Below, piece after piece: positions 56,544-64,000 of a stretch of DNA of 64,000 nt. A model generated the notes under the pieces. It did no database searches, was not told the DNA's origin, and saw only the letters and a program-made list of their open reading frames with translations. This stretch comes from Pseudomonadota bacterium (GTDB taxonomy: Bacteria; Pseudomonadota; Gammaproteobacteria; Burkholderiales; Burkholderiaceae_C). The DNA lies in contig JAZKIC010000027.1 of assembly GCA_040385065.1 (NCBI GenBank), forward strand, positions 5,323 through 69,322, given 5' to 3'. Positions within the stretch are counted from its first letter, which is position 1. Each line of letters opens with the position of its first letter. A program made the position numbers and the translations under genes.

Positions 56544-57152
56544 ATGGGCGGACGCGGAAGTGGGCGGTGCAGCAGCTACAGCGGCAAAGCGGAGACCAAC
56601 GACTCCATGCCGTTGGACATCCGCAAAATCACCCGCAAGGGCCTGCTGGTGCTGGGCAGCAGCTTTAGCTGGCAGTGGCTGGTGAACGACCGCCAGGTGG
56701 CGGGCATCAGCGTCCGCGTGGACTTTGACCAAGGCATGGTGTTGTCCTACCGCATGAAGAGCACCGGCGAAGTGGTCGAACAACGGGTGCAGACGCAAAC
56801 CTCAGCCTGCCACCTGGGCGGGCAGCGCCACTGGTTTACCTGCCCACGGTGCAGCAAGCGGGTGGCGGTGCTGTACGCGCCGGGCCGGTACTTCGCCTGC
56901 CGCCAGTGTGGCGGGCTGGGTTACGCCACGCAGAAAGAAGGCGCAGGCGACCGGGCATCAACCAAGGCTGACAAGCTGCGCAAACGCATGGGCTGGGAGG
57001 CAGGCATCTTGAATGGCGACGGCAGCAAACCCAAAGGTATGCATTGGAAGACTTACCAGCGACTCAAAAGCAGCCACGATGCGTTGGTGCAAGTCAGCCT
57101 ACATGACATTGGCCGGAAATTTGGATTCCTGCACAAATTTCCGGAGGTGTGA
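56544..57152 (+). CDS. hypothetical zinc-ribbon protein
   Basis: 202 aa from MGGRGSGR, with GGAG 8 nt upstream. Contains CPRCSKRVAVLY...FACRQCGGLGY (CxxC-N15-CxxC). Confidence 0.5.
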   Translation: MGGRGSGRCSSYSGKAETNDSMPLDIRKITRKGLLVLGSSFSWQWLVNDRQVAGISVRVDFDQGMVLSYRMKSTGEVVEQRVQTQTSACHLGGQRHWFTCPRCSKRVAVLYAPGRYFACRQCGGLGYATQKEGAGDRASTKADKLRKRMGWEAGILNGDGSKPKGMHWKTYQRLKSSHDALVQVSLHDIGRKFGFLHKFPEV

Positions 57153-57920
57153 ATCTGTTTCGCAAAACGGACATCTCCAATCACTTCGTGAACATCTGGC
57201 TGGCTACGACCATTGCAATGCGAGAGTAACCTGCTCCAGACCTGACATAGGAAGGTTCAAATGACTGGCCGCTATGTGGCGATGATTCAGTTAATTTGTT
57301 CACCTGCTATGAGCCAGATCCCGTCATACGGCATTTCCATTTGACGGTCTGCAAGAGACTGATTGCTGCCACTTAGGTTCGACGGCAGAGTCCATGGGCG
57401 CCACCGCAAGCGGTCGCTCACCGGTCAGGATCTCAAGCGACCGATCGATTACCTGTACCGGTCGTTCGGCACTGTAGCGAAGTGCAAAGTTCTGGAATGG
57501 CCCTTTGCGTCACGGACGAAACGGTGTTCTGGACCCTGGGCAGGCCTTCTTCAAGCGCCAGCAGGGAGGGCGAATCACTTCTTTTGGTCCTTCAGTGTCC
57601 GTAGCGCAATACCCGCCACCCGGGTTCCCAGTGCTCCTCAAAGTGCGTGATAGACGGGCAATAGTTCACTTTGACCTGATGCTGTTGCAACATTCTGATC
57701 ATTGCTCTCGCCGCAAATAAAGAAGGAGACAAGGGGTGGCCGTTGGATCGCAATGCCCAAGACATCGCGTGCGGTATGTGGATATGCGGCAGTCTTGACC
57801 TCGCCATCCGCATCCGGCATTTGTGCAGGTGAGCCTGCCGTGAATCTCGTTGAAGGTGCGTGGATAAGCTTGAGCGCCGACTGGCGAGCTGCTCAGGCCT
57901 GACCTCGATGGAGTCACATT

Positions 57921-58850
57921 TCATGGCGCCGTTTTCTCGGCGCCAGATACCTGGTCGACAAATGCCAGCAGCGAAGCGGTGGGCTGTTTGTCGCGATGCA
58001 CGACCAGGTGAGATTGTCGGAGCTGCCGCGGCAAGGTCGTGGCGATGCGGCACAGGCGGCCGGCCTCCAAAGCGTCGCTCACGACCCACGACGAAAGGCA
58101 GGCCACCCCCATACCCGCCTCGGCCGCATGTTTGATCGCCTCCGAACTTCCCAGCTCGATGCTTCGACGGTAGGAGCGCAAGTGGGGCAGCAGACTTTGG
58201 TCGGTGGCCTCGCGCGTTCCCGAGCCCAACTCACGCACCAGCCAGACCCCTTCACGCAGTGTCCGCATTGGCACCCGCTCGCCGGCCAGGCTCATTCGTG
58301 CCCACGCGCTGTCGGGCGATGTAACGACCACCATCTCGTCCTGGTGCCATGGCGTGACGGCCAGCGCCGCTTGGTGGCAAGGCCCTTCGATCAGGCCCAC
58401 GTCCAGTTCAAACGCAGCGACCGCGTCACAGATGGCCGCCGTGTTTCCGATCACGACCTTTGAGCGCCAGGCACTGGCATGGCCCGGTTGCGCTGCGACA
58501 AAACGGGCCAGCAGCCTGGGCAGCACATAGTTGCCGATGGTGGTGCTGGCGCCGATGCGCAGCGACTGCGCCTGGGCGCTGCCATCGCGGGACATCAACT
58601 CGATGCCGGCGGCACCGTCCAGCAGCGCCAGGGCCCGCGGCAGTAACGCACGGCCGTTGTCGTTGAGCAGCAGGCGCTTGCCCGCGCGGTCGAACAGGCG
58701 CAGCGACAGCAGCCGCTCAAGTTCATTCACGGCCGAGCTGGTGGCCGACTGCGACAGCGCGATCTCGGCGCTGGCTGCCGTGGTAGTGCCGCTGCGCGCA
58801 ACCGCCACGAAGATCTGCAGCTGTCGCAGCGTGAGGCGAAGGGTATTCAT
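57921..58850 (-). CDS. LysR family transcriptional regulator
   Basis: 309 aa from MNTLRLTLRQLQIFVAVARSGTTTAASAEIALSQSATSSAVNELE (LysR HTH), plus a substrate-binding domain. Divergent from the YeiH-like gene, as with E. coli yeiE/yeiH. Confidence 0.85.
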   Translation of the reverse strand: MNTLRLTLRQLQIFVAVARSGTTTAASAEIALSQSATSSAVNELERLLSLRLFDRAGKRLLLNDNGRALLPRALALLDGAAGIELMSRDGSAQAQSLRIGASTTIGNYVLPRLLARFVAAQPGHASAWRSKVVIGNTAAICDAVAAFELDVGLIEGPCHQAALAVTPWHQDEMVVVTSPDSAWARMSLAGERVPMRTLREGVWLVRELGSGTREATDQSLLPHLRSYRRSIELGSSEAIKHAAEAGMGVACLSSWVVSDALEAGRLCRIATTLPRQLRQSHLVVHRDKQPTASLLAFVDQVSGAEKTAP

Positions 58851-58967
58851 GGCGGATTTGTTTGCAAAGCGATCAGATGGGTACATCTTAGCGATACAAC
58901 CCGTTTGACGGGTCATCTATGAAGCCGGAAGCTTCGTCCTCATGAACTTCAACCGGAGGCAAGCAGC

Positions 58968-60074
58968 ATGACCATCAACGTACTTCCTGAGCCACGCACA
59001 TCGGCCTCTGCATCGGCTTTCGCACGCATGCTCCCCGGCCTGGCCCTGAGCGGCGCCTTGGCTGCCACCGGTATCGCGCTGGGCCGCATCGCCTGGCTGC
59101 AGGACCATGGCTTCAGTGCGCTGACGCTGGCCATCGTGCTGGGCATGATCGTGGGCAACACGGTTTACCCGTGGGCCCCGCGCTGGGCGGTAGCCAGCGG
59201 CGCCGGCGTCAACTTCTCCAAGCAGAACCTGCTTCGCCTGGGCGTGGTGCTGTACGGCCTGCGGCTCACCGTGCAGGACATTGACCATGTTGGCATAGCT
59301 GGTGTCGCCATCGACACAATGATATTGGGCTCGACCTTCGCACTGGCCTGCCTCATCGGCACGCGCTGGCTGGGCCTGGAGCGCAAGACGGCGATGCTGA
59401 TCGGCGCTGGCAGTGCCATCTGCGGCGCTGCTGCGGTGATGGCCGCCGAGCCGGTGGTCAAGGCGCGCGCCGAGCAGGTCACGGTGGCGGTGGCCACGGT
59501 GGTGGTGTTCGGCACGCTGGCGATCTTCCTGTACCCGGCGCTGTTCGAGCTGAACCGGCACTGGGCGCTGATCCCCGGCGGCGCCAACGGGTTCGGCATC
59601 TACGTCGGATCGACCATCCACGAGGTGGCCCAGGTGGTGGCCGCAGCACGTTCGGTGGGCCCGGACGCAGCCAACTCGGCCGTCATCGCGAAGATGGTTC
59701 GAGTAATGATGCTGGCGCCGTTCCTGGTGATGCTGTCGGCTTGGCTGGCGCGCGACAGCACCCTGCAAGCCCTGGTGGAGGCAGAGCATGCTCACGCCAA
59801 GGGTCAACTCGCTGTGCCCTGGTTCGCCTTCGGCTTCGTCGCGGTTGTGTTGCTCAATTCGCTGCAATGGCTGCCGGCGTCGGTGGTGGCAGTGACGATC
59901 GAGATTGACACCGCGCTGCTGGCGATGGCGATGGCTGCGCTCGGCCTGGCCACGCACATCGGCGCCATTCGCAAGGCCGGGGCCAAGCCGCTGCTGCTGG
60001 CGTTGATCTTGTTCGGCTGGCTCATCGTCGGAGGCGCGCTCATCAACCGCTGGGTGCCGGCCCTGCTGGGCTGA
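58968..60074 (+). CDS. YeiH/UPF0324 family putative sulfate-exporter-type membrane protein
   Basis: 368-aa ORF, polytopic. Motifs LTLAIVLGMIVGN, GAGSAICGAAA, GSTIHEVAQVVAA. Confidence 0.8.
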   Translation: MTINVLPEPRTSASASAFARMLPGLALSGALAATGIALGRIAWLQDHGFSALTLAIVLGMIVGNTVYPWAPRWAVASGAGVNFSKQNLLRLGVVLYGLRLTVQDIDHVGIAGVAIDTMILGSTFALACLIGTRWLGLERKTAMLIGAGSAICGAAAVMAAEPVVKARAEQVTVAVATVVVFGTLAIFLYPALFELNRHWALIPGGANGFGIYVGSTIHEVAQVVAAARSVGPDAANSAVIAKMVRVMMLAPFLVMLSAWLARDSTLQALVEAEHAHAKGQLAVPWFAFGFVAVVLLNSLQWLPASVVAVTIEIDTALLAMAMAALGLATHIGAIRKAGAKPLLLALILFGWLIVGGALINRWVPALLG

Positions 60075-60235
60075 AGCCTCGAATTCACGGCCCAGGGCCC
60101 TGACCCTAAATTTCTTTGCACGCTCTGGAATAGACCGCATGCCGACGCCGTCTGCTCTTTTGTCGGGACCTATCGGACCCTTCGTCCAGCACTCACCCCC
60201 CTTCACTTCACACCAACCCTTCATCGGAGCCCACA

Positions 60236-60667
60236 ATGTTCAAGACTTTCGCTTTCGCCGCCACCGCCCTGACGCTCGCCTCCGGCAGCGCCTTCGCCGC
60301 CCCCAGCGACGACGCCCGCACGCACTTCCAGGCCATCGCCTCGGGCGACACCCAGATCGTCATGCGTGCCTATGCCGACCAGGCCCAGCTGAACTGGGTA
60401 GGCGGCCCACTCGACGGCACCTATGCCACCACCGATGCCATTCGCGGCACCTGGGAGAAGTTCGGCAAGGCCGTCGGCCCACTGAAGCTCACAGTCGGCC
60501 AGATTGAAGAATCGGCCAACCCCAAGGGCGCCACCGTCTCGGCCAACGTCGTCTTCGAAGGCAAGATGCCCATCAAGGTGCGCTACGTGCTGACGTTCCG
60601 TGAAGGCAAGATCGTCAGTGAAACCTGGCAGATCGACCCCAAGCTGGCGGTGGCTGCGGCTTACTGA
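60236..60667 (+). CDS. secreted SnoaL-like/NTF2-fold protein
   Basis: 143-aa ORF. Signal peptide MFKTFAFAATALTLASGSAFA, then an NTF2-like pattern, ending in ...FREGKIVSETWQIDP. Confidence 0.55.
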   Translation: MFKTFAFAATALTLASGSAFAAPSDDARTHFQAIASGDTQIVMRAYADQAQLNWVGGPLDGTYATTDAIRGTWEKFGKAVGPLKLTVGQIEESANPKGATVSANVVFEGKMPIKVRYVLTFREGKIVSETWQIDPKLAVAAAY

Positions 60668-60715
60668 ACGGCACGCAGCGTGGCTACTCTCCACCAGACC
60701 CTAAAGGACAACCCC

Positions 60716-61105
60716 ATGAAGCACCTTTCGACTCTGGCCGCGCTGCTGATCACAGCGGCTTCCTTCGCGGCACCACTCACCGGCGCTATGGCTGCCGACG
60801 CGCCGGCCAAGCTCGCCAACGGCGCGCTGGTCGACGCCAAGGGCATGACGCTCTACACCTTCGACAAGGACGTGGCAGGCAGCGGCAAAAGCACCTGCAA
60901 CGGCGGCTGCGCCGCGCTGTGGCCGCCCGCGATGGCCGCCGCCAGCGACCAACCCGCCGGTGCATACACGATCGTCATGCGCGACGACGGTGCGCGCCAG
61001 TGGGCCTACAAGGGCAAGCCGGTGTACACCTACCAGGCCGACCAGAAGCCCGGCGACCGCGCCGGCGACAACTTCAAAGACGTCTGGCACATCATCAAGG
61101 AATGA
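60716..61105 (+). CDS. secreted lipoprotein-15 family protein with Yx(FWY)xxD repeats
   Basis: 129 aa. Signal peptide, then two repeats GMTLYTFDKD and GKPVYTYQADQ with CNGGCAALWPP between them. Confidence 0.7.
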   Translation: MKHLSTLAALLITAASFAAPLTGAMAADAPAKLANGALVDAKGMTLYTFDKDVAGSGKSTCNGGCAALWPPAMAAASDQPAGAYTIVMRDDGARQWAYKGKPVYTYQADQKPGDRAGDNFKDVWHIIKE

Positions 61106-61151
61106 CATTTGCTGTCGACTTCCGTCCAGACCCTCAGGCCACGACCCCCCG

Positions 61152-61655
61152 ATGCAAGACGACGCAAGCCTGCTGAGCTGGGTGCCGCGCCTGCGCCGCT
61201 ATTCGCGCGCGCTGGTGAACAACCGTGACGACGCCGACGACCTGGTGCAGGACACGCTGGAGCGGGCCTGGGCCAAGTCGGGCCTGTGGGGCGGCGTGGC
61301 CGACATGCGCGCCTGGCTCTTCAGCATCATGCACAACCTGCACGTCGATGGCGTGCGCCGTCCCAGGCTGCACACCGTGACCATGGACGACGACACGCCC
61401 GAAGTGCCGGTGGCGCCGACACAAACCGACAGGCTGGCTGTACTGGATCTGCAGGCTGCACTGGACTTGCTGCCCGTCGAGCAGAAGGAAGTGCTTCTTC
61501 TGGTGACGCTGGAAGACATGGCCTATGCCGATGTGGCGCAGGCCCTGGGTATCCCCATCGGCACCGTGATGTCGCGCCTGTCGCGAGGCCGTGAGCGCCT
61601 GCGCGGCCTGATGGAAGGCCGCGCAGAACCGGTGCGGCTGAAAGTCGTCAAATGA
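61152..61655 (+). CDS. ECF (sigma-70 family) RNA polymerase sigma factor
   Basis: 167 aa from MQDDASLL. Region 2 DADDLVQDTLERAW, and region 4 MAYADVAQALGIPIGTVMSRLSRGRERL. Confidence 0.85.
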   Translation: MQDDASLLSWVPRLRRYSRALVNNRDDADDLVQDTLERAWAKSGLWGGVADMRAWLFSIMHNLHVDGVRRPRLHTVTMDDDTPEVPVAPTQTDRLAVLDLQAALDLLPVEQKEVLLLVTLEDMAYADVAQALGIPIGTVMSRLSRGRERLRGLMEGRAEPVRLKVVK

Positions 61656-61674
61656 ATGTATTGCGAAGCAACCC

Positions 61675-62574
61675 ATGAATACCGACCGTCCGCCACCGTC
61701 CATTCCCCCGGTCACCGAGGCCGACCTGCATGCGTTCGTTGATGGCCGCCTGCCCGCTGAGCGCCAGGTCGAGATCGCCGCTTATCTGGCCGCACGCCCT
61801 GAAGACGCGCAGCGCTTGGAGGCCTACCGGGCGCATAAGCGCGAACTGCACGCCTTGTTCGATCCCGTGCTGGATGAACAGCCGCCGCAGCGCCTGCTGA
61901 AATCGGCGCGCCCGCGCGCCGTGCCGCAGACGCCTTGGTACCTCCAGCGCCTGGCCGCTGGGATCGCCATCGCCGTCATCAGCGGCGCGACTGGCTGGGG
62001 CTTGCGGGGCGGCCTGCCCGCGGGGGGCGACGATGCCGGCCGCATGGCCGCCGCGGCACCCGCCGAGCGCGGCCTGACGCTGGCGTCAGCGGGCGGCTTC
62101 GCGCAGCGCGCGGCGGTGGCTCACGCGGTATACAGTCCCGACCCGCGCCGCCCGGTCGAGGTGGACGCGGCGCACGAAGACCAGCTCGTGGCCTGGCTGT
62201 CCAAGCGCATGGGCGCGCCGATGAAGCCGCCGTACCTGCAGGCCCAGGGCTATACGCTGGAAGGCGGGCGCCTGTTGCCGGGCGGCCAGGGGCCGGTGGC
62301 GCAGTTCATGTACCGCAACGAGCTCGGCAGCAAACTGACGCTGTACGTATCCAACGATGTCGCCGACGTGGGCAGTGCCGCGGGGCCGGACAAGGCACTG
62401 CAGGCCAGCGTGAAGAACACAGACACGGCCTTCCGCTTCGCACGCGAAGGTGTGGTCAATGTCTTCTACTGGGTCGACGGTCCCTTCGGCTACGCCCTGT
62501 CGTCCGACGCCGACCGCAGCGTGCTGGCGCAGGTGTCGGCCGAGGTCTATCGGCAACTTGGCACCCCGCGCTGA
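61675..62574 (+). CDS. anti-sigma factor (N-terminal anti-sigma domain, single TM, periplasmic domain)
   Basis: 299-aa ORF. N-terminus LHAFVDGRLPAERQVEIAAYLAARPED, TM helix LQRLAAGIAIAVISGATGWGL. Sits immediately after the ECF sigma gene. Confidence 0.75.
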   Translation: MNTDRPPPSIPPVTEADLHAFVDGRLPAERQVEIAAYLAARPEDAQRLEAYRAHKRELHALFDPVLDEQPPQRLLKSARPRAVPQTPWYLQRLAAGIAIAVISGATGWGLRGGLPAGGDDAGRMAAAAPAERGLTLASAGGFAQRAAVAHAVYSPDPRRPVEVDAAHEDQLVAWLSKRMGAPMKPPYLQAQGYTLEGGRLLPGGQGPVAQFMYRNELGSKLTLYVSNDVADVGSAAGPDKALQASVKNTDTAFRFAREGVVNVFYWVDGPFGYALSSDADRSVLAQVSAEVYRQLGTPR

Positions 62575-62735
62575 AGGCCAGGGCGGCGTCGGCGCGACGC
62601 GCTGTCGGCATGCCCAGGGAATGAAACGGCCCGAGCCGCGCTCTTGACCTGAAGCAAGCGCTGGGCAGTGGTTCATCGGCGGCTCCCGGCCCACGACCCA
62701 AGCGATCACTCTCCACACCAACTCAGAAAGCACAC

Positions 62736-64000
62736 ATGACCACCCAACGCCGCGACATTCTCAAGTACACCCTGGCCGCCGCGGCAGCCAGCGCGCTGCC
62801 CGCAGCACATGCCCAGGCCCCGTCCGGCGCTTCAGCGGGAGCCGCAGCCACCGGCATCGACCCGCGCGACCGCGTCTTCATCACCAATGAAGACTCCAAC
62901 ACGCTGGTCGTCATCGATCCGAAGACGAACACCGTCGAGAGCACGATCAACCTGACCAGCTTCGACGAAGACCCGCGGCCTCCATTTCGCTACGTCACCG
63001 CCGGCGTGGCGCCGACACACGCGGCGATGATCCACAAGCCGCTGTACCACGGCTGCATCGACGCCCACGGCGCGGTGCCGTCGCCCGACGGCCGGCTGCT
63101 GGCCACCAGCGGGCGCGGCTCCAGCAACATTTATCTGATCGACGCCGAGCAGCGCCGCGTGATCGGCAACACACCCAACCCTGCGTCTGGGCCCACCACC
63201 AACCCCGAGCGCCTGAGTAGTGGCCTGCTGCTGGGCCGCGAACCGCACGAGCCCACTTTCACGCGCAACGGCCGCGAGCTGTGGGTCACGCTGCGCGGTG
63301 AAGACCGTATTGCCATCGTCGGCGTCGATCGTGCCGTTCGCCAGCTCAAGGGGGCCGACAGCCCGGGCTCCAGCGCGGTTCGCCAATACCTGCCCACACT
63401 GAGCGGCCCGGCGCAGGTGTGGTTCAACCGTGAGGGTACGTTGGCCTTTGTGGCCAGCCAGAAGGTGTCGAAGATCGACGTGTTCCGCGTCAACCCCGGC
63501 GCGGATGGCCACAGCCAACCGCAGCGGCTGACCACGCTGGACATCAGCGCACAGGACAAACCCGGCTTCACGCCCTTCATGAAGACCACACCCGACGGTG
63601 CCGAGGTGTGGTTCTCGCACAAGCTGGCTGATGCGGTGTCTTGCCGCTCGACGCAGGGTGGCTTCGACCTGATCGACACCGTGCCACTCGGCATGGGCGC
63701 TCGGCCCAACCACGTTGAGTTCGTGCGCAATGCGCGCGGCAGCGTGGTCTATGCCAGCCTGGCGCGCATCGACGATGGTGGCCCCGGCGGCGTGGCGTCG
63801 AGCCCGATCGCCATCATCGACCGCAGCGCTCCGGGCGGACAGCGCAAGGTGGTGGGCACCTTCTCCAGCCGTGGCCGCGAGTCGCACGGGTTGTGGACCA
63901 ACCCCGAGAACACGCTGCTGTATGTGGCCCACGAACAGGACGAGCTGCCCGGCACGCCCAACGCGGGCCAGACCGTGTGCAGTGCATTTGATGTGAGCGA
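62736..64000 (+). CDS. Tat-exported beta-propeller (YncE/YVTN-like) protein; 3' end is outside the window
   Basis: Not in the ORF track because there is no stop inside the window. My own translation: MTTQRRDILKYTLAAAAASALPAAHA (twin-arginine leader), then repeated motifs VFITNEDSNTLVVIDPKTNTV, SPDGRLLATSG, TRNGRELWV, REGTLAFV, TPDGAEVWF. Confidence 0.7.
   Translation, partial: MTTQRRDILKYTLAAAAASALPAAHAQAPSGASAGAAATGIDPRDRVFITNEDSNTLVVIDPKTNTVESTINLTSFDEDPRPPFRYVTAGVAPTHAAMIHKPLYHGCIDAHGAVPSPDGRLLATSGRGSSNIYLIDAEQRRVIGNTPNPASGPTTNPERLSSGLLLGREPHEPTFTRNGRELWVTLRGEDRIAIVGVDRAVRQLKGADSPGSSAVRQYLPTLSGPAQVWFNREGTLAFVASQKVSKIDVFRVNPGADGHSQPQRLTTLDISAQDKPGFTPFMKTTPDGAEVWFSHKLADAVSCRSTQGGFDLIDTVPLGMGARPNHVEFVRNARGSVVYASLARIDDGGPGGVASSPIAIIDRSAPGGQRKVVGTFSSRGRESHGLWTNPENTLLYVAHEQDELPGTPNAGQTVCSAFDVS

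Larger units (their letters stand above)
50264..57152. mobile_element. tRNA-Pro-associated integrative element (P4-like: integrase, AlpA, primase-like, cargo). Right boundary not identified.
   Basis: tRNA 3'-half remnant, then an AT-rich junction, then a tyrosine integrase, an AlpA-type excisionase/regulator, a large primase-like protein and orphan genes. All are co-oriented and visibly less GC-biased than the flanks. Confidence 0.65.

Noticed and set aside
57245-57262. GGAAGGTTCAAATGACTG, a T-arm-like string considered as a possible second att / tRNA copy
   Set aside because: Only about 12 of 15 positions match the T-arm. Its orientation is opposite to the 50264 remnant. There is no acceptor stem or CCA context.
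58917-60236. 439-aa minus-strand ORF
   Set aside because: It lies antisense to the YeiH-like membrane protein. The translation is dominated by Arg/His/Gln/Gly runs, whereas the plus frame gives regular TM helices and UPF0324 motifs.
62832-63932. 366-aa minus-strand ORF
   Set aside because: It lies antisense to the Tat-signal beta-propeller frame that stays open to the window end. The propeller frame has a signal peptide and repeated blade motifs.
1-64000. Search by eye for CRISPR arrays, rRNA, intact tRNAs, IS elements with terminal inverted repeats, and long direct repeats
   Set aside because: None found. The only repeats seen are the short motifs reported above. A computational repeat scan was not possible here, so small or diverged repeats may have been missed.

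Overview
High-GC, gene-dense chromosomal segment. Its gene content looks like Burkholderiales/Comamonadaceae-type beta-proteobacteria; this is an inference from a Bug/TctC binding protein, ETF/acyl-CoA genes and strong GC3 bias, and no database search was possible. I support about 60 protein-coding genes.

Order along the window:
- 0.1-5.8 kb: methyltransferase, nitronate monooxygenase-like gene, and a long acyl-CoA dehydrogenase with etfBA.
- 6-13.8 kb: MscS-family channel, HDAC-like deacetylase divergent from a MoxR / DUF58 / transglutaminase triad, then MltB.
- 13.9-20.6 kb: GH1-like protein, VOC protein, PAP2 phosphatase, fused indolepyruvate:ferredoxin oxidoreductase.
- 20.9-24.5 kb: four-gene sugar-acid-like cluster (enolase superfamily, UxuA family, SnoaL-like, RraA-like).
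- 24.5-25.2 kb: ORF-poor spacer of about 730 bp.
- 25.2-30.1 kb: response regulator plus a 1373-aa REC-first hybrid histidine kinase.
- 30.4-37 kb: large MerR regulator, HiPIP, Coq7/UbiG, and a photolyase-related neighbourhood (FAD-domain-first photolyase homolog, DCC/DUF393, SDR, TIGR03643-like, 55-aa CWC cysteine-rich ORF).
- 37.1-37.9 kb: two decayed membrane genes.
- 38-49.8 kb: translationally coupled 11-gene minus-strand catabolic operon of unknown substrate (TauD, acyl-CoA synthetase, 3 SDRs, dienelactone hydrolase, PrpD/MmgE, SMP-30 lactonase, TctC, AtuA-like/DUF4387) with a divergent GntR regulator and a shared TTGTAGACAA motif.
- 50.2-57.2 kb: displaced 3' half of tRNA-Pro(GGG) with its terminator, abutting a P4-like integrative element (integrase, AlpA, large primase-like protein, three unknown cargo genes).
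- 57.9-64 kb: LysR / YeiH-like pair and an ECF sigma / anti-sigma module with secreted proteins, including a Tat beta-propeller that runs off the window.

No rRNA, intact tRNA or CRISPR array was seen. Product names come from motif recognition in the translated ORFs only. Start codons were chosen by homology-like N-termini, SD sequences and overlaps, and may be off by a few codons.
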